This document shows positions 29,160 through 36,131 of a stretch of 64,000 nt of DNA, in pieces (position 1 is the first letter of the stretch; each line of letters opens with the position of its first letter). The DNA is from an uncultured Gemmatimonadales bacterium (GTDB lineage: Bacteria; Gemmatimonadota; Gemmatimonadetes; Gemmatimonadales; GWC2-71-9). The notes beneath the pieces were generated by a model. The model worked only from the letters and a program-made list of their open reading frames with translations, did no database searches and was not told where the DNA came from. Location: NCBI GenBank assembly GCA_963762545.1, contig CAVXLC010000003.1:130967-194966 (forward strand), written 5' to 3'. The translations under genes were made by a program, and so were the position numbers.

Positions 29160-29819
29160 ATGGCCGACCGGAGGGAATTCCTGGGCACCCTGCTCGCCGC
29201 GGGGGCCGCCGCCCGGGTGGACGGTTTCTCCGAGCCGGCCCCCGCGCCCGACTCGTCCAGCGTGGCATGGCTCAAGCGCATCCGGGGGAAGCACCGCGCG
29301 GTCTTCGACAGCCCGCGCGACGACGTCACCGGGGTCCTCCGGGCCTGGATCTGGCTCAACCAGTGTCGCGGCCTGTTCGCTGCAAAGGCCTCGGACTGTA
29401 CCGCCGTGCTGGTGCTCCGGCATGCCGGGGCCACTCTCGCCATGAACGACGCCTTCTGGGAGCAGTACGAGGTCCCGCTGAGCGGCTCCACCGCCGAGAA
29501 GCCCAACATCCCCAAGCGGAACCCCCAGATGTCGGGCGCGCTCAAGGACGTCGGCGCGAGCCTCCCTACGCCGGCCCGTCCGTGGGCCGTGGGCGCAGGA
29601 CTGGACACCCTGATCGACCGCGGTGGCGTGGTGGTCGTCTGCGAGTTCGCCTTCTGGTACGTCATGTCCCGGGTCATGACCCGCGACAAGGTGGACGAAG
29701 CCCGGGCCCGCGAGGTGGCCATGGGGCACCTGGTTCCCGGCGTGACGCTCGCGCCCTCGGGGTTCTTTGCCCTCGCCGCCTCGCAGGAGCACGGCTGCAG
29801 CTTCGTCACCAACGTCTAG
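29160..29819 (+). CDS. Tat-signal protein, paralogue 2
   Basis: The ATG at 29160 gives MADRREFLGTLLAAGAAA. Shared blocks are RAVFDSP, VLVLRH, MNDAFW, KRNP, VVVCEFAF, PGVTLAPSGFF and SQEHGCS. The upstream part of the listed 406-aa ORF overlaps paralogue 1 out of frame and is rejected. Confidence 0.75.
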   Translation: MADRREFLGTLLAAGAAARVDGFSEPAPAPDSSSVAWLKRIRGKHRAVFDSPRDDVTGVLRAWIWLNQCRGLFAAKASDCTAVLVLRHAGATLAMNDAFWEQYEVPLSGSTAEKPNIPKRNPQMSGALKDVGASLPTPARPWAVGAGLDTLIDRGGVVVVCEFAFWYVMSRVMTRDKVDEARAREVAMGHLVPGVTLAPSGFFALAASQEHGCSFVTNV

Positions 29820-29829
29820 ATCGTATCTC

Positions 29830-30504
29830 ATGCTCGATGACCGCCTGCTGGCCCGAGTGCCCTCGCTGGGCGCGCTGCCGGCGGCGGCCCGCGCGGAGCT
29901 GGCCCGGCGCGGGGTCGACCTCGCATTCCGGCGGGGGGAGTTCCTGTTCCGTGCGGGAGACCCGCCCCGGGGACTCTTCTTCGTGCTGGACGGATGGGTC
30001 CGGGTGATCAATGAGCGCGACGGCCGACGCTATCTGGTGCACGAAGACGGCCCCGGCGCCACGCTGGGCGAGGTACCGCTGATGCTCGGAGGCGGATACC
30101 CGGCGAGCGCCCTCGCGGGCACCGACGTCCGCTGCCTGCTGTTCTCCCGCGCCGCGCTCGACGCCACCATGACCGGCTCGCCGGAAGTGGCCTGGCTACT
30201 GCTGCAGCGGATGGCGGAGCGGGTCCGCACGCTGGTGGGGCGGCTGGAGCAGCGGAGCGCCACCTCGATCCTGCAATCGCTCGCCACTCTCATTCTGGAG
30301 CGGTCGGCGGATGGCGGCCCCGCGGTGACGCTTCCCGCCACGCAGCAGGAGCTGGCCGAGTCCCTCGGCACGGTGCGGGAGGTCATTGCCCGGCAGCTCA
30401 CCGCGCTCAAGCGCGCCGGCGCCATCCGGGCCGCCGGCCGTGGCCGCATCGAGGTGGCCGACCGGTCCAGGCTGATCCAAATGGCGCGGGACGCCCGGGT
30501 GTGA
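29830..30504 (+). CDS. Crp/Fnr family transcriptional regulator (cNMP-binding domain + HTH); no FNR-type N-terminal Cys cluster
   Basis: ATG at 29830. The effector domain includes FRRGEFLFRAGDPPRGLFFVLDGWVRV...GATLGEVPL. The C-terminal HTH is TQQELAESLGTVREVIARQLTALKRAG. Confidence 0.85.
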   Translation: MLDDRLLARVPSLGALPAAARAELARRGVDLAFRRGEFLFRAGDPPRGLFFVLDGWVRVINERDGRRYLVHEDGPGATLGEVPLMLGGGYPASALAGTDVRCLLFSRAALDATMTGSPEVAWLLLQRMAERVRTLVGRLEQRSATSILQSLATLILERSADGGPAVTLPATQQELAESLGTVREVIARQLTALKRAGAIRAAGRGRIEVADRSRLIQMARDARV

Positions 30505-30538
30505 CCTTGGTCGCATCGCCGGAGGTCGCGCATCGGTA

Positions 30539-30556
30539 GGTTGAAGCACCTCAACC
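30539..30556. promoter_or_regulatory. perfect 18-bp palindrome GGTTGAAGCACCTCAACC containing TTGA-N6-TCAA (Crp/Fnr-box-like spacing)
   Basis: Read directly from the sequence. It lies 34 nt after the crp/fnr stop and 12 nt before the ATG at 30569. The half-sites TTGA/TCAA with a 6-nt gap equal the outer bases of the FNR consensus TTGAT-N4-ATCAA. Confidence 0.4.
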
Positions 30557-30568
30557 GGAGTCCCATGT

Positions 30569-31069
30569 ATGACGTGCCGTTCCTGCTCGATTCTGACGCT
30601 GCTCGTGCTGGCGCCGCTGATCTCCACGCAGGCACAAGCCGGCCACGACCACGCCGCCATGCACCACGGATCCGATTCCGGCTTCGCGGCGATGAAGGGC
30701 CGGGGCACGTTGGCCATGGGCGTCGACCAGGACAAATCGACCCATCACTTTACCTCCCTGCCCGACGGGGGCCGGATCGAGCTCACCAGCGACGTGGACG
30801 ACAGCGCGGCCACTGCCGCGATCCGGCAGCACTTTGCCGACATCGAACAGGCCTTTGCCGCCGGAGACTTCAGCATCCCGATGGCGGTGCACGCCCAGGA
30901 CGTGCCCGGCACCGCCGTGATGAAGGCCAAGGCCGCGGCCATTTCCTACACCATGCGCGAACTGCCCCGGGGAGCCGAGCTGCGCATCGTGACCCACGAC
31001 AAGGCTGCCATCGCCGCGGTGCACCAGTTCCTGCTCTTTCAGCGCACCGAGCACCACGCCGGGCAATAG
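30569..31069 (+). CDS. secreted His-rich protein of unknown function
   Basis: The signal peptide MTCRSCSILTLLVLAPLISTQAQA is followed by GHDHAAMHHG. Conserved-looking core: STHHFTSLPDGGRIEL...IRQHFADIEQAFAAGDFSIPMAVHAQDVPG...VHQFLLFQRTEHH. From memory it resembles an uncharacterised family seen in soil bacteria; this is unverified. Confidence 0.7.
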   Translation: MTCRSCSILTLLVLAPLISTQAQAGHDHAAMHHGSDSGFAAMKGRGTLAMGVDQDKSTHHFTSLPDGGRIELTSDVDDSAATAAIRQHFADIEQAFAAGDFSIPMAVHAQDVPGTAVMKAKAAAISYTMRELPRGAELRIVTHDKAAIAAVHQFLLFQRTEHHAGQ

Positions 31070-31081
31070 CGCCGCGCTCCG

Positions 31082-31110
31082 TTGACACCGGGGGCCCCGG
31101 GACCAAGATT
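31082..31110 (+). promoter_or_regulatory. possible sigma70-type internal promoter (TTGACA - 17 nt - AAGATT)
   Basis: A perfect -35 hexamer at 31082-31087, a 17-nt spacer containing the near-palindrome CCGGGGGCCCCGG, and a weak -10 at 31105-31110. It sits about 30 nt upstream of the paralogue-3 ATG. Sequence pattern only. Confidence 0.25.
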
Positions 31111-31141
31111 GCCCTCAGGCGGTCCTACCCGTGGAGGCGGC

Positions 31142-31822
31142 ATGGCCGGTGATCGACGGAGTTTCCTGGGGCGGCTGGCAACCGGAGCGGCGGCGGCGGC
31201 CGGCGCGCTCGGGCTTGAGGCGCGCCGGCTCGAGGCCGAGCCGCGCATCCGGCCGGTGAGCGACGCGTGGGACATGTCCTGGGTCGGCCGCGTCAACGGC
31301 AAGTTCCGCGGAGTGTTCGATTCGCCCAAGATCACCGACGGGGGCGAGATCTGGCGGGCGGCCACCTGGCGAAACCAGGTGATCGAGGTCTACGGGGTGA
31401 AGGACGCCGATGTGAGCCCCGTGCTGGTGATCCGGCACGCCGGCATTCCGCTCGTGATGAACGACGCCTTCTGGGCCCGGCACAACATCGGGAAGAAGCG
31501 CAAGGTGAAGGACCCGATCACCGGCAAGACGGCGGAGCACAACCCGATCGGCCCGAGCGACTGGCGCACGGAGGTCCCGGCCTGGCTGGCCGACTCCTTG
31601 ATTCCCAGGTTCATCGAGCGGGGCGGCATCGTGCTGGCCTGCAACTTCGCGTTCGGCCTGATGGTCCACCTGGAGTCCGAGATCGACAAGGAGCACGCCA
31701 AGGAGGCGCGGGAGCGGGCCATCGGCTATCTCCTGCCCGGTGTCATCCTGCAGCCGTCCGGGTTCTTCGGGTTGCTGGAGGCGCAGCGGGCCGGCTGCCA
31801 GCTCTTCACCGCGGGCGAATAG
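31142..31822 (+). CDS. Tat-signal protein, paralogue 3
   Basis: The ATG at 31142 gives MAGDRRSFLGRLATGAAAAAGA. Shared blocks are RGVFDSP, VLVIRH, MNDAFW, EHNP, VLACNFAF, PGVILQPSGFF and AQRAGCQ. Confidence 0.75.
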   Translation: MAGDRRSFLGRLATGAAAAAGALGLEARRLEAEPRIRPVSDAWDMSWVGRVNGKFRGVFDSPKITDGGEIWRAATWRNQVIEVYGVKDADVSPVLVIRHAGIPLVMNDAFWARHNIGKKRKVKDPITGKTAEHNPIGPSDWRTEVPAWLADSLIPRFIERGGIVLACNFAFGLMVHLESEIDKEHAKEARERAIGYLLPGVILQPSGFFGLLEAQRAGCQLFTAGE

Positions 31823-31829
31823 CGCCGCC

Positions 31830-33122
31830 GTGGACGTCATTCGGGCGTCGATCCCGCTCTTCTTCGCGCTGATCGGCCTCGAGCTGCTGATCGCCCGGCT
31901 CCGGCGGCGCCCGCTCTACCGGCTCGCCGACTCGATCAGCGACCTCTCCTGCGGGATCCTGAGCCAGCTCGCCGGGATCGTGCTGGCGCTCGGTACGATC
32001 GCCCTCTTCGGCTGGGTCTCGACCCACGCGTCGATCCAGCAGATCCTCCCGCTGCCCCTCTGGATCAACCGCCCGCCGGTCACGGCGTCCGGTCTGGACC
32101 TGGCGGCGCTGGCCAGCTGGACCGGCGTCTTTCTCCTCGATGACTTCGCCTACTACTGGATGCACCGCTATTCCCACGAGGTCAACCTGCTCTGGGCCGG
32201 CCACGTCGTGCACCATTCCAGCGAAGAGTACAATCTCACCGTGGCGCTCCGGCAGAGCAGCCTGCACGGGCTCATGAGCTGGCTGTTCTACATGCCGCTT
32301 GCCGTCCTCGGCGTGCCGGTCACCATGTGGGTCATTTGCCATGCGCTCAACCTGGTCTACCAATTCTGGGTCCATACCCGCGCGGTGAATCGGCTCGGCC
32401 CGCTGGAGGCGGTGCTCAACACCCCGTCCCACCACCGGGTGCACCACGGGGTGAACCCCCAATACCAGGATCGCAACTACGCCGGGGTCCTGATCGTCTG
32501 GGATCGCCTGTTCAAGAGTTTCGAGCCCGAGGTGGCGCCACCGGTGTACGGGATCACCAAGCCGCTCCGGAGCTGGAATCCGGTGCGAGCCAATCTGCAC
32601 GTCTTCGGGGAGATCTGGACCAACGCGCGCGCGGCGCGTACGTGGCGCGACCGGTTCCGCTCGGTGTTCGGGCACCCCGGCTGGCGCCCGCCCGAACTGG
32701 GGCCGCCGGTCATCCCCATGGCGGTTTTGGAGGACACCTTCCAGAAGTACGAGCCGCCGGTCCCCGGCGCGCTCAAGTTCTATGCGCTGATTCAGTTCGT
32801 CGTGACGTTGGCCGGCGCGGTGGCGCTGCTCGACGCGGCGGCGCGGATGCCGCCGGCGTCCTCCCTCGCCGCCGCGTTCTACGTGGTGCTCTCCCTGGCC
32901 GATATCGGCGGAATTCTGGAGGCGCGGAGCTGGGCGGGTCTCACCGAGGTGATGCGCTTGGTGGTGCTCGGCGGCGTGGCGGCGGTGCTGCTCGGCTCCG
33001 GAACGGCGCCGGCGTGGCTGCTCGCGGCGGCGGCGGGTTTCGCGGCCATCTCGTTGGTCTGGGTGGTTCGGCTCCGGCCCCTGCTCACGAGCTCTGATCC
33101 GAGGGCCATCGTCGCGATGTAA
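31830..33122 (+). CDS. fatty acid hydroxylase superfamily (sterol desaturase / alkylglycerol-monooxygenase-like) membrane di-iron enzyme with C-terminal multi-TM extension
   Basis: The GTG at 31830 lies 7 nt after the paralogue-3 stop. His boxes HRYSHE, HVVHHSSEEYN and SHHRVHHGVN are present, followed by IVWDRLF. The last ~130 aa form extra hydrophobic helices. Confidence 0.85.
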   Translation: MDVIRASIPLFFALIGLELLIARLRRRPLYRLADSISDLSCGILSQLAGIVLALGTIALFGWVSTHASIQQILPLPLWINRPPVTASGLDLAALASWTGVFLLDDFAYYWMHRYSHEVNLLWAGHVVHHSSEEYNLTVALRQSSLHGLMSWLFYMPLAVLGVPVTMWVICHALNLVYQFWVHTRAVNRLGPLEAVLNTPSHHRVHHGVNPQYQDRNYAGVLIVWDRLFKSFEPEVAPPVYGITKPLRSWNPVRANLHVFGEIWTNARAARTWRDRFRSVFGHPGWRPPELGPPVIPMAVLEDTFQKYEPPVPGALKFYALIQFVVTLAGAVALLDAAARMPPASSLAAAFYVVLSLADIGGILEARSWAGLTEVMRLVVLGGVAAVLLGSGTAPAWLLAAAAGFAAISLVWVVRLRPLLTSSDPRAIVAM

Positions 33123-33138
33123 GCGGCGACCGCCTCTC

Positions 33139-35697
33139 ATGCTCGAACTCAGAACTCTCGGCGCGGCGGACCTCCGAATCCGGGATGGCGCCGAGCTGAC
33201 CGCGGTGGTGCAGCAGCCCAAGCGCTTTGCCCTCCTCGCCTACCTGGCCATCGACGCACCGTCCCGATTCGTCCGTCGCGACACGCTGCTGGGGTTGTTC
33301 TGGCCCGAGCTGGACAGCGAGCACGCCCGCGCCGCCCTTCGGCGCGCGTTGTACTTTCTCCGGCGGTCCACCGGCGACGGAGTCGTGGTCGGCCGGGGAG
33401 AAGAGGAAGTCGGCGTCGCGCCCGGCTCGCTGTGGTGCGACGCGGTGGCGTTCCGCGAGGCGGTCCGCGCGGGCAACCCGGCCGGCGCGCTGGAGCTCTA
33501 TCGGGGGCCCCTGCTCGAAGGGCTCTACGTGGCGGGCGCTCCCGACGCGCAGGACTGGCTCGACCGGGAACGCGCCCGCCTCAAGGAGCTGGCGCAGGAC
33601 GCGGCGCGCACGCTGGCCCGCCACGCGCCTGACGCCGACGCTCAAACCCGCTGGGCCCGCCGCGCGCTGGAGTTCTTCGAGGAAGATGAGGAGATGCGCG
33701 CCCTGCTGGCGCCCGCGCGACTCCCGGCACCGGTTCGAGTCGCGGTGGCACCGTCGGGACCCGCGCCGCCCTCGGATCCGAACCTGCTGGCGGTGTGTCC
33801 CTTCGCCGTGCGGGGCGGCCCGGGCCTGGCATTTCTTTCCGAGGGCCTGGTGGACCTGCTGGCCACCAAGCTCGACGGCGCGGGCGACCTCCGGATCGTC
33901 GAGCCCCGCCTGGTGCTGTCCGGTGCCGGCAGCCCCGGCGACGGATGGAGCCCGGACCGGGGACGCGAGCTGGCCGAACGGACCGGCGCGAGCGCCTTCG
34001 TCCTGGGAAGCCTGGTGGAGGTGGCCGGACGACTCGAGGCCGGCGCCGCACTGCACGATCGGGACGGATCGGTCATCGCCCGGGTGGAGAGCCGTGCCGG
34101 GGGTGAGGCCGGGCTCTTCGAATTGGTCGACGAGCTGGCGAGGCGCCTGCTGGCCGCGCGACCCGCCGCCAGCGGCGACCGCCTCGCCCGCCTCGCCGCG
34201 CTCACGACCGAATCGCTGGCGGCGCTCAAGTGCTGGCTCGACGGCGAGCGCGCCTTCCGGCTGGCGCGGCATCTCGAAGCGGCCGACGCGTTCCAGCGCG
34301 CCACCGACGCCGATCCCTCCTTCGCGCTGGCCTGGTACCGGCTGGCGGCCGCCTTCGCGGCGAGCGCGCTGATCGGCCCGGCGCGGGGGGCCTCGGCCCG
34401 CGCGTTCGATCACCGCTCCCGCCTGAGCGAGCACGACCGCCTGCTGCTGGAGGCGCAACACGCCTGGATCACCGGCCAGAGCGCCGAGGCGGAGCGGCGC
34501 TATGCGGCCCTGGTGACCGGGTGGCCCGAGAGTCTGGAGGGCTGGTTTCTCCTGGGCGACGTGCAGTTTCACAGCAATCCGTACCGGGGCAAGCGGGTTG
34601 CCCTGGCGCGCCCGGCGCTCGAGCGCGCCCTGGCCCTGGACCCGTCCCACCTCGGCGCGCTCACCCAGCTCGCCCGGCTTGCGGCCCACGAGGGGCGGAC
34701 CGGAGACCTGTCCGCCCTGGCGCGCCGCGCCCTCGAGGCGAGTCCCGCCGGCGACCAGGCCCTCGGGCTGCGCGCGCTCGCGGCCTTCACTATGGGCACC
34801 GACGCCGAGCGCGCGGCAGCCGGCCGGGAGCTGGCCGGCGCGCGGGGCCTCACCATCGCGCGGACGTTTTCGGATGTGGCGCTCTATTCCGGGAACCCGG
34901 ATCACGCCGAGCGGCTGGGCCGCGAGCTGTTCGCCTCGGCGCGCTCCGAGGAATTCCGCGCCTTCGGGCACGTCACCCTGGCCCACCTGGATCTGGCGCG
35001 GGGCCGCACGGTCGAGGCGTTCGATCGGCTCCGGGAGGCGGAGCGGATGGAGCCGGCCTGGGGGCTCACGGTGCGGGGGCTGGTCGCCTCGCTGGCGTTC
35101 CTGCCGCCCCGTCACGACGAGCGCGCCAGGGCGCGCCGCGACCTGCTGGCTTGGGACCCGGCTGGTGCGCGGCCGGCGGTAGCGGTGCCGCTGGCCTTTC
35201 ACAATGAGCTCCAGGCGCACTTCCGGGGCTTCCTGCTGGGATTGCTGGCCGTGCGGGACGGCGATCTCTCCGCCGCCTCCCTCGAGATCGAAGCCCTGGC
35301 CGAGCTGCCGGTGCCCGAGGGGGCCGGCGCCCTGCTCGAGCACCTGGAGCGGACCCTCCATGCCGAGCTCCTCCTCGCGCGCGGGTTCGCGGGAGACGCC
35401 CTCGCTGTGTTGGAGCAGGGACGGCTGGACGTCTGGTTCCAGTACGCCGTTGCGTCGCCGTTCTTCGCCGGCACGTTCGAGCGGTATCTCCGGGCCGACC
35501 TCCTGGCCCGCGCCGGCCGAGTTCCCGAGGCCATCCGGTGGTGGGAGTCGATCGCCGAGCGCACGCCGTTCGAGCTGCCGTTCCAGGCGCCTTCGCTGCT
35601 TCGCATCGGGCAAGCCTGGGAGGAGCTCGGCGACGACGCCCGGGCCGGCGAGGCCCGGCGACGGGCCCGGGTGTTGTGGGGGGACGGGCCCAAGTAG
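33139..35697 (+). CDS. SARP/BTAD-type transcriptional regulator with long TPR-like C-terminal region
   Basis: 852 aa. The N-terminal winged-helix segment (KRFALLAYLAIDAPSRFVRRDTLLGLFWPE...ARAALRRALYFLRR) is followed by a BTAD-like segment (WCDAVAFREAV...ELYRGPLLEGL...DWLDRERARL). The helical-repeat tail ends in IRWWESI. Confidence 0.8.
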   Translation: MLELRTLGAADLRIRDGAELTAVVQQPKRFALLAYLAIDAPSRFVRRDTLLGLFWPELDSEHARAALRRALYFLRRSTGDGVVVGRGEEEVGVAPGSLWCDAVAFREAVRAGNPAGALELYRGPLLEGLYVAGAPDAQDWLDRERARLKELAQDAARTLARHAPDADAQTRWARRALEFFEEDEEMRALLAPARLPAPVRVAVAPSGPAPPSDPNLLAVCPFAVRGGPGLAFLSEGLVDLLATKLDGAGDLRIVEPRLVLSGAGSPGDGWSPDRGRELAERTGASAFVLGSLVEVAGRLEAGAALHDRDGSVIARVESRAGGEAGLFELVDELARRLLAARPAASGDRLARLAALTTESLAALKCWLDGERAFRLARHLEAADAFQRATDADPSFALAWYRLAAAFAASALIGPARGASARAFDHRSRLSEHDRLLLEAQHAWITGQSAEAERRYAALVTGWPESLEGWFLLGDVQFHSNPYRGKRVALARPALERALALDPSHLGALTQLARLAAHEGRTGDLSALARRALEASPAGDQALGLRALAAFTMGTDAERAAAGRELAGARGLTIARTFSDVALYSGNPDHAERLGRELFASARSEEFRAFGHVTLAHLDLARGRTVEAFDRLREAERMEPAWGLTVRGLVASLAFLPPRHDERARARRDLLAWDPAGARPAVAVPLAFHNELQAHFRGFLLGLLAVRDGDLSAASLEIEALAELPVPEGAGALLEHLERTLHAELLLARGFAGDALAVLEQGRLDVWFQYAVASPFFAGTFERYLRADLLARAGRVPEAIRWWESIAERTPFELPFQAPSLLRIGQAWEELGDDARAGEARRRARVLWGDGPK

Positions 35698-35761
35698 TAG
35701 CCTTCGGGTGCCGGGTCGCGGATCGCCGCGCACCGCTTAAGTCCCTTTCTGGAGGATCACG

Positions 35762-36127
35762 ATGCGGGCGGTGCAAGCGAGGCGGGCGGTCCTGTCGGCG
35801 ATGCTGGCGCTCTCGGCAGGCTGCGTGGCCTGGCGGGTCCAGCCGGTGTCCCCCAAGGAACTGCTCAAGGACAAGTCCATCGAGGCGGTCCGCGTGACCC
35901 GGGCCGACAAATCCAGGGTCGAGATCTACAACCCGGTCATCCAGGGCGACAGCATCGTGGGCCATCCCACCGAGCAGGCCATCGCCCGCCTGGTCATGCC
36001 GATTTCCCAGGTGCAGACCATCGCCACCCGCTACAAGAGCGTGCCCAAGACCATGCTGGCCGGCCTCGCCGTCATCGGCGCCGTGGCGGTCTACGCGTTG
36101 CTGCAAAGCCTGAATCAGGGATACTGA
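35762..36127 (+). CDS. hypothetical lipoprotein with C-terminal TM helix
   Basis: Lipobox LALSAGC after a basic N-terminus. C-terminal hydrophobic helix MLAGLAVIGAVAVYALL. Confidence 0.65.
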   Translation: MRAVQARRAVLSAMLALSAGCVAWRVQPVSPKELLKDKSIEAVRVTRADKSRVEIYNPVIQGDSIVGHPTEQAIARLVMPISQVQTIATRYKSVPKTMLAGLAVIGAVAVYALLQSLNQGY

Positions 36128-36131
36128 CGGG

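Noticed and set aside
29830-30504. Whether the Crp/Fnr regulator is a true oxygen-sensing FNR
   Set aside because: It has no N-terminal Cys-x2-Cys-x5-Cys cluster and only one internal Cys, so it is not an FNR-type [4Fe-4S] sensor. Its effector is unknown.
33085-35733. 882-aa minus-strand ORF covering the whole SARP/TPR regulator gene
   Set aside because: It lies antisense to a gene with clear domain logic. Its translation is Arg/Gly/Pro/Ala-rich and of low complexity, with no recognisable motif. Long stop-free antisense frames are expected at about 70% G+C.
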